Positions 37,520-51,232 are shown, counted from the stretch's first letter. The stretch is DNA of 64,000 nucleotides from Lama guanicoe (GCA_013239625.1 MU056000.1:13653175-13717174), one strand, 5' to 3'. Notes: a model not told the origin generated them from the sequence alone. Numbers and translations are program-made.

Positions 37520-37957
37520 CTGACTCATTTTCTAAGACTACCATCAAAAGTAAACTGGGTAGCGTAAATAAAAAAAAATCAACTGACATAGTTTTGGAGG
37601 CTGCAAATCCAAAATCAAGGTGTCAGCAGGGTTAGTTCCTTGTGAGGAATGGATATCTCTCTTTAGCTTCTGGTGAGTTGCCGGCAGTCTTTGGCACCCT
37701 TGTTCTGTAGATGCATTGTTCCCATCTGTGGCTGCATGCTCACATGACGTTCTCCCCGTATGGGGCTCCACTCTTGAGATGAGAAGCAAGTGGTAGATGG
37801 AACAAGGTAGAGTCCATATTTTATTCTACATTCAAAAGGAAATCTTTTAAGTTGAAAATCTCTGTGACCCCATTGCCAAATAAGGTCACATTCTGAGGTA
37901 TTAGGGGTTAGGACTTCAACATATTAATTTTGGGTGAATACAGATGAAGCTGTAACA
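37520..37957 (-). mobile_element. MLT1B/C solo LTR
   Basis: ggaggctgcaaatccaaaatcaaggtgtcagcaggg..ccaaataaggtcacattctgaggtattaggggttaggacttcaaca. Confidence 0.9.
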
Positions 37958-39029
37958 GATGGTTAGTCCTGATATTAGATCTGCCTTCAGTCTTTATGAA
38001 AAGTTTCTAATACAGTCATTTTAACAACCTCTTTTCATTATAGAAATTAACTGAATACTAAAATTAACATTGCAATGCAAACTGTCTCTAGTCAAATAAA
38101 TTGGAATTTGGCTGTCTGATACATTAGCCGAATTTTTTTTTTTTTTGGTGAAAGGTGTTTTATTGTTTAGGATTTTTCCAAACAACTTGTTTTGCAAGTT
38201 AAGTTAGGAATGAATACTCATGTAAGCACAAGTATGAATGTACTAATATAGTTTTTGTAGCCAGTTAAGATTTTAGAGTTTTGGTTTATATCTAAAGAAT
38301 TTCTTTGTGCGAAGAAAGAGCATTTTTCCCTCTCATTAACAAAAGTAGTCTGTAATTAGCTCATATCTTTTATAAAAGTCAGTTTTAAATTTAAGCAGTA
38401 TTAATTTTAATATTCTCCTTCACACAACTGAAAAACTGTATAGACTAATATCAGGTAATCTTGCCTATACACATGAGTGACACCTAAAAATTCTAAAAAA
38501 TTTGGAAGTCTATGACAGAATAGTCTAAGCCTTAGAATTATGTAGATTCCCTCATAAATTATTCTGATTCTTAAAAGGAAAGAAATTTGATTTTGTTTTA
38601 TGGAAAAAAATTAATGCATATTTTCTGGCATTATGTTTTTCTAAGAATTTTTAAACTACACTCTGTGTTCATTTCAGAATGAATTTCATGTGCTTTGTGA
38701 TGATATGTGATGTTTATTAATGTCAAGATAACTCAACTTAGAGTCATGTGAGAATTTCTATGAAAATTTTATAAAAGAAAAATAAACAAGGGAGGAGTTA
38801 TAAATGAGCCCATTTATAAGATGAATGTAATTGTATTTTATTCATGAATTAAATGTTCAACTCTAATTTTCCAAGAATCTAACCTAAAATAGAAAACTTT
38901 ATTAATTACATAATTAATCATGCCAATTGAGTAGAGACACAGTTCTTAGTGCAAAATTTAGAAACTTTAGAATCAATAGGACCTTGATATTATCTTCAAA
39001 AATATCTTTAGAGTTGACTTAATTAAGAT

Positions 39030-39300
39030 TATATGAGTATTCATTCACTAAAATCTACTATGTGAGTTACACTGTGCTGGGAACTCATTACCATAAAGAA
39101 CACGATCAATAAAAGTTATTTATAGAACCTGAAATTAGTCTAGCAGGCAAGGCTGAAATAAAAGAGTCAATTGTAAAGCAGAGTTTTACTGAAGAAATAT
39201 AGCAGATAGCATTTATGAAGGGCTCATAGATTAGCCTTAGGGAGTCAGGGGAAACTTCCCAGAGTAAATCAACTCCATGCTGTAACCTAAGGCAGTCTAT
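39030..39300 (-). mobile_element. L2 fragment
   Basis: attcattcac..ctactatgtg..actgtgctggga..tagtctag..gggagtcaggggaaacttcccagag. Confidence 0.6.
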
Positions 39301-39945
39301 AAAGGAGCCTGGGGGGCTTGGAGATTATCCCTGCATTGGAATCATCCAGAAGTTAGAGAGGAACCCTATTATAGAGGAGATGGAGTTAGGTGATCGCTAT
39401 CAGCCCTTCCAATTCCAAGACATTCTCATGCAAATAACACCATCCTTGGTAGAAGAGATAAGGTCTTAGTAATTTAAGTAGATCCTGTTCAAAAGTGTTC
39501 TCTTCTTGAGGCCACTGTTTTACTGTAGACTTCTCATTGTTACAGATCCCTTTGGAACACAGAACAATTTAGAGTTTGAGAACTAACATAATCAGGAAAC
39601 TGCAGGTAGGAATAAAATATAAGATTGTATTTTAGAGAATAAATGTTGGACCTGAGTTGTGATAAAAATGCTCACCGTGACCCACATTCCAGCGAAGTGA
39701 GTGTAAATCTCCTCTCTTAGCCCAAAGCCCTGCGGTAAATGAGTTTATAATACAGTTGAGCAAGAGGTCAAGACTCCTTTTGCTCATTTTCCTTAAGCAT
39801 TGCTTACTTGTGTACACGCATAGGTGCACACATGTGTATATGTACTGCTTGCAATAAGTGATACAGGAAAAAATGGGGTGCAAAAGGATGGCCATGTCCC
39901 AGGTCTCAGACGAGTCTGTGGGATCCCATGATTTGGTTAACAAAT

Positions 39946-40510
39946 TGTAACAGACCCCAGCTTCTTTTCTCCTTAAAGAAGAACAAATGTGCTTAGTAAC
40001 TGCTTTGCAAGCAGGCGCCTGTGCGTCCACACTCCTGTCTCCTTGCCGTAAAAAGCAGAGACAATGCCTTGCTTGCACACTTGAGGTTTTAGATAGCACT
40101 CTGCTCCTTGCAAAGCAAAGACCTTGGCCCTCAGCTGTAAACGCTGGGCGTGCCTGCTGGTAGATAGTCTTCTATCCCCAAAGCAAGGACCTGGCTGGGC
40201 TGCTGGCCTGCTTTAGCATATCTGTAAGAATGTGTCTTGCTCCCCTCTCCCTGTGACCTACCTAAAGATAAACCAAGCCTGTGTACTCCTTGTGATTCTC
40301 CAATCTCGACCCCACCCTGTCTTTCCCTGAATCCCGGCATTCCATCACACAGTTGTAAGTGATTTCCCCTTTGATTGTACACAGCAAATGTGGGAGCATT
40401 TGAGAGGCTCGTGGAGTTGGCTCCCCACTCCCTCTTGCTCTCTGGACTTTTTCCAGAGTCTTGAGTAATTCATTCCGTCTCGGTGGGACTTCTGCTGGCC
40501 AGAACCCACA
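39946..40510 (+). mobile_element. ERV solo LTR (lineage-specific; family not identified)
   Basis: Starts TGTAAC, ends CA; GC-richer than flanks; U5-like end; no clean TSD seen. Confidence 0.7.
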
Positions 40511-41240
40511 TGAGTCCCTGGGACACACCCCAGCAAGTGACGGTCCTTGCCTTGGCACAGCAAAGAATTCAAGAGTGAGCCATGGAGGAGTAAAAGTAGA
40601 TTTATTCTGAGAGATGTACCCTCAATAGACAGAGTGCAGGCATCTCAGAGGGCCAGAGAGGCCACGCGGTGTGGGGGTGGTTAAAATAAAAGCAGATACA
40701 TACCCCATAGACCTAATGCAGACCTTCTCAAAGGCAAGAGAAAGGGGCATGAGGTATGGGGTCGGGTACTAGATTTCAGGTAAGAGTAGATACTCATTCC
40801 ATTCTGGCCGACTCTGAAGGAGAGGGAGAGAGAGGCTGGCCTAGGAGACGTACATCCCACACACAGAATGCGGGCCTTCTCAAAGGCAAGGGGCAAGGCC
40901 ATGAGGTGCAGGGTTGTTGGTTTTTGTGAGCTTGGTCATTTCTTATGCTACCAAATGGGAGGATTACTCCAACTGCTTTGGGGAGGGTAGGAATTCCCAG
41001 GAATTGGACCACTGCCCTCTTCTGACCTTTTGTGCTCAGCCTCAGAACTGTCATGGTGCCCCTGGGAGTTATTATAATATATTATAATGAGCGTATAATG
41101 AAGCTCAAGTTCTAGTGGAAGTCAAATTGTTCACCATCTTGGGCCTCAAGGTCTATTGTGAGTTGTTTTCTACTATCTTGGTGCTAATCACTGCGTCATT
41201 CCTTTAATGGCTGTGCCCCACTGCCTTCCTTCCTGTCTCA
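40511..41240 (-). mobile_element. ERV1-type solo LTR with three diverged ~70-bp internal repeats
   Basis: Minus strand begins TGAGACAGGAA; tttatt polyA signal at ~40600; repeats at ~40611, 40693 and 40845 (ccttctcaaaggcaag shared by the last two). Confidence 0.8.
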
Positions 41241-41539
41241 TAAGGACATACGGTTTTAAAAGCTTCCTAATTATTTTCTAACCACTGTCCCTTCAACAGA
41301 ATTCTGTTGTAACACTCTCTTTTTCCCACATAAAAACCCTAACAAGTGCCATCATTTCTTGAATTATTCTTAGGAAATAAAATGTTATGCAGTAATTTTA
41401 GATCACAGACGCAGTAACCTAAAGTGACCAGCCTCAGGTGATCAGTTCAAAAGTATGACCTTTGGCACTTGCACTAACCCTTTTCCTTTGTCTTTAACAC
41501 TAAATACAAATTAAGAATAAGAAGTTTAATTTTCACTAT

Positions 41540-42166
41540 TGGAAAAAAAAAGAGAGAGAGAGAGAGAGAAACTGCCCTCCATTTTCTTAGGGCATTTATT
41601 TTGGTAACTTGCAATTACAAGATTTTTCTCTGTCTCTTCAATATGTATGTAAATTTTTCTGAAGCTAAATAATCCTCTCTAACATCAGCTTTTTGACCCA
41701 GGAATGTCTTTCTCAATGACCTGGGAACCATCTCTGAAGTGTCATCATCAAGGAAGGTGGAGCCCCAATTCCTGTGGAAGGGGGAGGAACCTAACTTCTG
41801 CAGGAGCCTCCTTCCATGTTGCAAGTGTATTTCTTACCATCATGATGTGAAAAGTTTATTGTTCCTTTGGATAAAGCCAGTTAGCTAACAGGCTATCACT
41901 CCAATTATTGTGTGAACTTAAGATGATCCATGTGTGACAAATACTGCTGTCACTATAACACGTATGTAATGTGTTATATCTGCTTGTCTAAAAAACTGGG
42001 TAAGATTTTATTTGATCTTTGCAATCTTTTAGAAGATGCAAATGATACATACCACCTTCTGGCTTAAGCCTTATTTAGTAATAAAACTGTTTTATTTCTC
42101 TTCTGCCTCTGTGGGGAAGTTCTTGGGATGAGAGGAGATTTTGTTTTAAATTATATCTTTCCAGCA
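41540..42166 (+). mobile_element. MER34-like ERV1 solo LTR
   Basis: acccaggaatgtctttctcaatgacctgggaaccatctct..catcaaggaag..ggaacctaacttc; AATAAA at ~42080; ends CA. Confidence 0.8.
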
Positions 42167-42609
42167 ATATACACTAGTCGCTCGCATGGGGCAGGGGGCA
42201 GGGAAGTATAGGGGGTGAGGAGTAAATGTCCTTCTCCTGGCATCCCAGAGTTTCTCCTCCTCTTTCAGCTCTTGTCTGCAAGGTAAGAGCAGGAGGAGCC
42301 GTGCAGTGAGTAATAAGCTCTTACCTAGTGGTCTGCCAGCAAGATGGCCTTAGGCTCCCTGGTCTCAGTCAATGGTCAATGTCAACTTCTCTCAACTGGA
42401 AACTTTTAGTAATATTTGACATGGCTGTGCCTCTGGCTAGCCTTGCATTCTTCAGTCCTTGTCTTCATTTATATTTAGCACTCACCGTGTACCTTAAGGA
42501 GCACTAGACACAGGGGATACAACAGTATTGTCCATTTGACTCAAATGGACAAAACTTGTCTTGATGAACCTAATATTCTAGTTTTAGGTGCTACTATGGG
42601 TTTTTAAAT

Positions 42610-42927
42610 GGTAAACAGCAGCATACTAAAATGTTAAGAGTTTATTTGAGCCAAAACTGATTGGAATCAGGGGCATCAAACCAGAAGTGGTTAGACATGC
42701 TCCACCAACAACTGCTGGGGAAACACTTCTATAGAGACAGGCAGAGGTAAAGCAAGGACATTGTTGATTGGCTGTAGCCTAAAGCCTAGTTGGTTGCCTG
42801 TGTGTGATTGGTTGTCTCATTTTGTAACCTTGAGGCATTTCTCCACTTTCATTTTGGTTTGCTTATGTAAGCCACCACAGCATTAGAGCCACCTTAGTCT
42901 GACGGCCTCCTTGTTTAATTGTTTGAA
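42610..42927 (-). mobile_element. ERV1 solo LTR (MER51/MER57-like)
   Basis: agagtttatttgagccaa polyA signal, repeated gattgg (CCAAT) boxes, ggcctccttgtttaatt end. Confidence 0.7.
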
Positions 42928-43536
42928 GGGGTCTAAGAGGAAAAAAAACTAATAAAAAGAGGTGGGAAATAGGCAGCTAGTGGGGAAGCAGTTGACACTT
43001 CTAGGCGGCTAGATCTCACCTGCAGTCTGAGGAAGGTGGTACTCCACTTCTTACATTCTGCAAGGTTTATTTTAATCAGCCACTTTTATTTAAATCAATG
43101 TAAGTAGAATTCCAGTCTTACAAGTATTCTGTCACCAAAAATTAAACCATATTGCTCATAGTAAGAACAAATGTAGTGGAAGAGAAAGGGAGAAATAAGA
43201 CAACGGATGTTTCCTCTCACCGAGGTCGATGTCACACTAGAGTAATGTGCTTAATTAGGCAAGAAAGTGAATACAGCGACACGGAATGTTTTACATATAA
43301 TAAGAAACAATTAAGACTCTTGAAGTCTTGCAAGATTATAAAGCGAGTACAATGTGATGAAAGTAATGGAGAAACAGTGATGGAGGTACAAAGACCTGTT
43401 GGGGGAGGCTCTGTATTGAAAGGCAGTATTTCAAATTTGAGCTGTGTCCTGAAGCGACGATATCCCGGCTGCGCACAGAGGAATGATAACTGATGAACTA
43501 CGGCCACGGCAGGGGAGACGGGGAGGCTATGGAGGA

Positions 43537-44260
43537 TGTATTGGTTTGCTAGGGCTGCCAGGACAAAGCACCACAGAATGTACGGCTCAAACAACAGAAA
43601 TTTACTTTCTCACAATTCTGGAAACCAGAAGTCCAAGATCAAGGTGGCAGCAGGGATCTGTTCCAGGCTTTCTCTCTGGCTTGCAGATGGCTGTCTTCCC
43701 TCTGTGTCTTCATGTGGCACGTCATGAACTGGGTTGTGACCCCTCCGCCAAATTTATATGTGAAACTCTAAACTCCACTGAGACTCTAATTGGAGAGAGG
43801 GCCGCTAAGGATATAATTTTAAGGTAAAAGAATGTCACAAACTGGAGCCTCTCCAACAGAACTGGTGGGTAGAGAAGAAGACACAGGGGCTGTCTCAGAG
43901 GAAAGGCTGGTGAGGACTTAGCAAGAAGACACCTGACTGCCAGCCGGAAAGAGGCTGTGAAGCTGAAAGAGACTGGCGCCTTGATCTGAGAGTTCTAACC
44001 TCCAGAGCCATGAGAAAATACCTTTCTGTTGTTTACGCCATCCAGTCCAACTGAAACATGGTGCTCTCCCTGTGTGCATCTGTGTCTAAATTTCCTCTTC
44101 TTGTAAGGAGATCAGTTATACTGGATTAGAGGCCACACCAATGACCTCATTTTAACTTAATTTCAAAGGCCCTATCTCCAAATATCATCACATTCTGAGA
44201 AACTGAGGTTTCAGATTTCAACATATAAATTTTGAGGGGACACAATTCAGCCCATGATAT
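43537..44260 (-). mobile_element. MLT1A/B LTR split by a nested LTR
   Basis: 43537-43719 and 44059-44260 join into one continuous MLT1. Confidence 0.9.
43720..44058 (+). mobile_element. Nested MLT1A-like LTR in opposite orientation
   Basis: aaatttatatgtgaaactctaa..ccttgatct..cctccagagccatgagaaaata..ttctgttgttta; flanked by TGGCA and TGGTG. Confidence 0.85.
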
Positions 44261-44274
44261 GGTGAGAAATATTG

Positions 44275-46427
44275 CATTATGATTCATAAGTGTTTTCCCC
44301 TGTATGTCCTGCCATGTTTCCACATAAGAGTGTGTTTCCAGTTGCCTTTAACCAAGAGACATCCCCTGACCAGTAGAAGGTAACCAGAGGAAATATATTA
44401 CATGAACACCAAAGCAGAACTTCTCAATGCCCTCATGTGCTTTCTACCTTTGTCTCCTGAAATTCTGTCCTCTGCCACATCTACAGTGTGTCCCAAATAA
44501 GGATTTGTCCCACGGCGTGCATTCTGGGAAGGCAGGTCTAGCCAAGCATCATCAGTTTAACCCAGCTGAGCAACATCAAATCTGCAGCCATCACTTAATG
44601 TGAACAATAAAAATATATCTGTTTGTGTAAGTCCTAGAATATTAGTGTTTCCAACAACAGAAACTGACTGATAAAGAAATGTGTGCAAAAATGGCAAGCT
44701 GCCACAGCAAACATTTAAAATACATGGTATAGACTTTGGTTCAGGTGACCAACTGGTGAGGAAGGAAAATGCTATTGAAGTTTGCAACCACATTAAGTAT
44801 CAGAAAACCACTGGGTATGACTATCACCTGTAATAACTTGGAAGGCACAAAATTTGTCAAAAAAGAAAAAAAAGGAAAGAAATCTGTGGCTTTGGGAAAT
44901 GAGGTTTTTACCCAAGAGAGAATATCAGTGTCATGAAATGTTTATTAATAGTTGCATTGGATGAGTATCACAAAAATTAGATTGGCTCAGGAAAAGAATC
45001 CTGTTTACAATCAGGGTGAAAAAAAAGAAAATGAGAGAATCCAGAATATCAGGACTGAAGGGATTTGAAGAAATTCTAGCCCTCAAAAGAATCTAAAAAC
45101 AAAAACAAAAATCAAGGATGTGATCATCAGATCTTTTGTCAAAATATGTTACTGGATTAATGCTACACTTAGAAATTCATTCAATTAAACTGAGTGGCTC
45201 TGAGAAAGAGAGCAAGGATATTATCTCATGGAAGCCTGAGAAACTCAAGGTGGTTCTAACTAGTTAAACAGAGGCGTGCATCTTTTGATAGACATTTGGA
45301 ACTGACTGGAATCAGTTAGTAAAATGTTGTTAAAAATTGAATGTGTTGAGTTGCCTAACGTTCTACCAGTCTAGAGTAACATATAATACAACTATTCAAG
45401 ATAAACATGTGAATCTTGGGATCCCAAATTAATAGGCACAGGAAATGTACTTAGAAAACTGCTTGATTCTCCCAAAGCGAATAGTCAAATAGTCTTCATG
45501 TCTCTTCAAATGCATCCAAGAAGGTTGATAGAATAACTTTCCACAGGATAGAGCCAAGAGCGATGGAGAACAGTGCTTCAGAGAGCTCCTCCTAGGATGA
45601 ACAAGAACCTAATCAAGGAGCATTTCATGTGTCAAGAATAAAGACAATTCACAACTTTTGCTTCAACTTTAAAACTGCTATTGATCAGTGATTCTTACGT
45701 ATCTACTCTTTCTTCTCTTTATTCTTTCCAGATGTAATAATTTACTTTAGTTGTCTTGCTACTGATCCACCATTCTATACCGTGTGTGTGTGTGTGTTTC
45801 TGTGTGTGTGTGTGTGTGTGGTGGAAAGAAGCAATATCTTATCATTTCAGTTCATAGAGGTTGGATCAAACAAAACTGCATCCTGACCTGATGCAGATCA
45901 GGACACCCTCAATTTCAAGTCTGACAAAATTGTTGGATGAGGTATTTGGAATCTCTTTGAGGTGGATTCAATTACTTTAAGGAAAAAGCAGATGTCTTTG
46001 ACCAAGAGGGTCAACTGTAGAAGAATGTATGAACTGTTCACAGTTGGTTCTCTCCCCACCCTGGCCATGCTTCCCTAGAGGTTGACTATGCATTGCTGAC
46101 TGGTCCTTAACCACATATTATTTTGGCCAGTGGTGTGTGAGCAGACGTGATTTTCTCCACATCTGTGCAGAAGCATTTAATGCATTTGTGTGATCTGGCT
46201 CTATTTCATTTTGTTCCTGTGCTCAACCATGAGAGCAGCACCTCCCAGATGTGGGCAGCTACTTTGGCCTGGGTTCAAGAATAAGAACTCATTACAGAGG
46301 AGTAGAGTACAGAAAAGCAAGAAATCATCTGTAATATCAAAAAAAAAACCATAAAAAACAAAAAACGCTGTGTTATTGTAACTGGGATTTTTGACATTGT
46401 TACTTCAATAGAAAGTGATTAAAGCAG
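44275..46427 (+). mobile_element. Old MaLR, probably LTR-internal-LTR (MLT1H/I-like)
   Basis: MLT1-int-like start at ~44670 (taaaatacatgg..ctatcacctgtaataacttggaaggca); 3' LTR ~46015-46427 (ttggccagtggtgtgtgagcagacgtga..ggcctgggttcaaga). Confidence 0.6.
45782..45820 (+). repeat. Interrupted (TG)n microsatellite
   Basis: gtgtgtgtg..ttc..tgtgtgtg. Confidence 0.9.
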
Positions 46428-47066
46428 ATATATCATCCAAAAAACCATTCAAACACAAACACAATATGGTATGTATTATTTAAGGGGGAGAGAAATTTTC
46501 AAAACCAAAGAAAATAAGTAATAGCAACCAAGATCATAAAATCTAGTCAAAGAAGAGCACTCGATTTTTGTTTTACACCTCGGTTCCATAAACAAAAGGT
46601 AAAAAGAAAAACAGAGAACTCTGTGTTTTGAAAGAGGCTCAAAGAATGCTTCTAAAACTCACTGTGACTTGTGCAGGGCATGGACACATGGAAAACCTCC
46701 CAGCTGAGCTTACAGTACATAATGCAGGCGTCCTGGGTGAAAGTGGAATTTCTGTAGGTTCTTCATGAATTCCTATTTATATCAGCCTTTGGGCTTAAAA
46801 ATAGAGCAGCAGATACACTTCAAAGAGTAGATTTCTGACTCTGGGTCTAAAGGTCTTAAAAATTTACTGTCCAACTGTGATAGGGAAGAACAAGTCTGAC
46901 TCCACACTAGATCTGTTCCTTTAGCTCTAAGCCTGTGCTCTGTTTCCTGCGCTTGGCCATGCTGGTTCTGCACACTTTGTAAAAGAATGTGGCCTAAACC
47001 CTGAAATACACAGTAAAGCCGTTTCTCAAAGCTCAGCCCTTTATGGGTAGAACACTTCTCCATTCA

Positions 47067-47385
47067 TATAGAGATAAAAAGTTGCAGAACAGAGAATATT
47101 TGTCTTGTTGGAGGTTTACAGGGACACCATGACCTGACCTACGTGGACAGCTGTAAGAACAAAGGATTTCAACACCAAGAAGTCTGCAACAACTAACCAC
47201 TTCCTCCCCTGTTAGTATAAAAGGAACCTGAATTCTGACTCAGAGAAGATGGTTCTCTAGGACACTTGTCCCCACCTTCTCAATCTGCTGGCTTTCCAAA
47301 TAAAGTTATTCCTTGCCCCAGCACCTTGTCTCCCGATTTACTGGCCTACCATGCAGCGAACAGAATGAGTTTGGACTGAGTAACA
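47067..47385 (+). mobile_element. ERV1 solo LTR, 5'-truncated; same family as 55582-56134
   Basis: TATAAAA ~47216, AATAAA ~47299, ends GTAACA; reverse complement aligns by eye to 55582-55930. Confidence 0.85.
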
Positions 47386-48951
47386 CAACAATTTTATGAA
47401 TTCTTAAAAGTGTTATTTTTGCTTGAATGCATGATTTTCTATTGCCTACAACTATTCCTAATCTGGCTTGTGTTTAAACATTGTATCTATGCACCAACCA
47501 TTCACTGCTCTATAGCATACACTCTAAGTGACCAGTACTTTTATCCATGGTGATGTATCACTAAAGTAAAACAATGGACTTGGTCTGAAAAGAAATAGAA
47601 GAATGCCCTCTCCTGCTTTGGTGTTTCACTATTTCCAAAGCATTTTTGCTAACTTGAAAACATCTCCAGTTTCACAGTTGTTGAAAAAAATAGTTTAAAC
47701 ATTTAAAAATTTTACTTGATAATTTCTTTTATGTGAGAATCTGAAGACACCTGAGCCAAAAAGTAATCATAACAAGAGGCAGCTTTCCCCTTAGAGTTCT
47801 TTCTCCTGAAAGCTCAGGGAAATTTTGTGGGATCAAGCTTTGCACATAGATTCTGTTGGAAGCAGACTTTCCTATGAAGTTCTTTGGTTTTGGTAGCCTG
47901 GGAGGTCTCAATACCAATACCATCTGTAATCCTGGTGTGAGAACAATTAACTAAAAAACGCATTTTAAATCCAAAAAGGTGAACAGTAGATAAGACGTTG
48001 TAAAGAATAAAGCAGTTGGGTAGAAAATCAGCAGTGGAAGGAATGCCTATAGGGACAGATCATTTGGTTATACGGAAACAGAAATAAGAAAAACTCAAGC
48101 TGATGGAGTAAACATGAGAAGGCGATACATTGTCTTCACTGTGTTGACGTCTTCATGTTGGAGGAAAACCTCTCACATGGGGTTGGAAATCTAGACCAGT
48201 GCCCTCAGCATCCAAACTGCATGCAGCTGACAAACTGAACCAATGTCCTTGAAATTGAGTTTTCCTTAAATAACTGATGATTAGAACTAGCTGTAGCCAC
48301 AATGACCTCAGAGGAGATAAAAGTATATCACAGTACCTGCCAGAGGTGATGCTAAGCTGTCTCCAGCTAAAACTGAAAAGATTTAGTCTTTGATGAACCC
48401 AGTAAGTTATATGTGGTGTTATGTGGCCATAAACCTCAGTGATGTGATAGGAACAAAGCCAGCTTGCCATAGAAAAAAGAGTAAAAAATGATAACAGTCA
48501 ATAAAATCTTTAAAAAAATGTGATTGGGTATAGATGCCAGTTGTTTTTTCTCTTTAATAGCCAGTTATATTTCCTTGAATTTTATTAGTTTAACAATTAC
48601 TCCAATGAAGCAAAAGCCTACTTAGAAACTACTTTGTTATATGTTAAAATAAAACAAATAAATTTAAGTGTGTTAACAGGAAGATTTAAGTAAAATGTAA
48701 AGCTTTTATATATCTGTCTCTTTCAAACTAGTCGTTAGTGTTTATTTGTAGTGGTTATGTTTTAATATTCATAAGGACAGGCTCATGAAAAATATTAAAC
48801 CTTGAATATTTTAGAATAAATATGTATAAGTAGATGACTTACTGTTATCTTTTGAAGCTAATATTAATTTTTCATGACATATTTGCTAAAATATAAAGCA
48901 ATTTTTCTACTTAGTATATTAAACCCCTTTAGTCTTTGAAAGATAAATGTA

Positions 48952-49527
48952 TTTAAACAGCTTTATTAAAATATAATTTGCATAACATAAAATTTACCTA
49001 TTTTAAGTATACAATTCAATGTTTCTTAGTATATTTATAGAGTTATGCAGCCATTAACACAAGCCATTTAGAACATTTCCATCATCCCCAGAAGAAAACT
49101 CAGGTCCATTATCAGTTACTCCCGTCTCCCCTCACTAACCCTCAATCTCTGGCAGCCATGGCTTTATATTCTGTTTCTATCGATTTACCTATTTTATGTA
49201 AATGAAATCTGGAAAGTTAAATAAATAGAATCATACAGTATGTGGTGTTCTGTGACTGGTCCCTTTCACTTGGTATCATTCTGTAGCATGTAGCAGGACT
49301 CTATTCCCCTTATTTGCAAATAATATTCTATTGCATGCATATAATCACATTTTATTTATGCACTCATCAGTTGATGGATATTTAGGTTGTTTCTATTTCT
49401 TGACAATTATGAATGGTGTTGCTGTGAACATTTATGTACAAGTTTTGTGTCAACGTGTGTCTTTACTTCTCTTGAGTAGGTATCTAAGGGTGGCATTGCT
49501 GGCTCACATGGTAACTATATATTTAAC
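48952..49527 (-). mobile_element. L1MB-type 3' end
   Basis: aacagctttattaaaatataattt..aagtatacaattcaatg..cagttgatggatatttaggttgtttc. Confidence 0.9.
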
Positions 49528-50721
49528 ATAGAAATGGATTTTTATGACTGAATTTTCTTTCTGTAAAAATTACAGCAAAAATAAAGCCCTCTCCCCCCAA
49601 ATCTCCAGAAGATTTTTTTTCAAGAAACTTTACAGAACATTTTCAATCATCCATAGCAATCATCATCCACTTTTGAAATTTAAAGAAAGAAAGAAAATTA
49701 AAGAATCACTGCAGAAACACTGGGTTTCAAATCTAAGATGGTGGCTTCTGCCAAACTCACATTTTTGTCAAAATAGCATTTGTACTTGCTGCAGTTTCTC
49801 TGAAAACCTAAATGACAAAAATGATCACGTAAGGTAGTAATTTTGTAATTTTTTGGCTGAGTGGCCCTGAGTCTGTTGGCACCCAACTGTGAGGAAAATT
49901 ATTTATAAACAGCCACATCATATGCTAGGCCAAAGTTCTATATTGCCTCAAACTTTAAAAGTGTTGCAAAAGTGTTAGCATGGTGAAGATTTTAGGTTGC
50001 TGATCAATTTTTACCAAGCTCAATTTAAAAGTTAGCTTTTTAAATAAAATTAATGTCATTATGTTGCATACTATTATTTCTGTACATTATTGTTGATTTC
50101 TTAAAGAATCTCTTTGAAGTGGTATATAAAACAAAAAGGCCTAAAGATTTTTTTTAATACGCATACATTTAAAGGCTTTTTAAAGTAAATCTCTTAAGGT
50201 TGGAAACTTAAAAATCTTTTTGCTTTATAAATATATGTAATTCTATTAAATGAAGAATTATAACTTCCCTCAACAGATTCCAAAGCAGTGATTAAATGAT
50301 CACAAATTAAGGCCACTGGAGAGAGATTCTTGTTACCCAGTTCTACCCCTTTATTTTTGAGGGGTCAAATCTCCCTTCAAAGTCTTTTTTTTTTTTAATA
50401 ATTTCAGTAAATGGATTTAACACTAATAGTGGGAATAGAGGGCAATGTTTTCTTATTTTCTCCATGTTTTAGTAATTATTTTGTTAAATTAAAATACGTT
50501 ATTCTTATTTTCATTCACTGTTAATCCAGCTTCGCAGACAAGTAATATTTACCGTTAATCTAGTTTTGAAGACAAGTAATACTTGTGAACCAGAAGATAA
50601 TCATTCTTACCTAATGTCATAGAACTGATAACTGATAGGGTTAAAACTTTAATCCAGAATAATGTAATACAAAGCATGTATGCTTTTTTTTTTTACCACA
50701 CCAAGAGTCTTCTCGGTTGAA

Positions 50722-50990
50722 TTCATTCATGTAGTAAATAAATGCTTTGTCCATGGAGTGCACGGTTTTATGCTAGGTGCTAAGGTTACAAAATGGAATC
50801 CCACAGTTTCTGTTCAAAAGAAGACTATAGTCAACTGGGAGAGATGGAAATAATTATTGAAGATAATTGCAATAGAAAGTGGTAAGTGCTAACTTTTAGG
50901 CATATGTACATGGGATCAACAATGGTAATGACCACAAATTTGGCTATAGGGAAAGGAGTCTGGGGAGAATTATTTTAGCAGAAAGTGAAG
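50722..50990 (-). mobile_element. L2 3' fragment
   Basis: attcattca..tgctaggtgctaaggttacaaa..gtggtaagtgcta. Confidence 0.65.
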
Positions 50991-51232
50991 AGTCTTATAT
51001 TGTACATTCTATAACATATGTCATATATATGGTTCTTAAGGGTGTTTATGAACAGATGGCTTCTAAGCTGCATGTGACCAATTTCCATTTGCCTCAAGGT
51101 TTTTGCATAATCAACTTTCAACTCTCAATTCCAGTTAGGGATTGTTAATGTGTAATGCATTAATGATAATTACAGATATTAGGTTATTTTTTAATAATCA
51201 TTTTTTTCTTTGTCTCGTTTCTTAATATGAAA

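Noticed and set aside
39632..41054. 155-aa and other ORFs as ERV gag/env
   Set aside because: They lie in LTR or flank sequence and have no retroviral protein motifs
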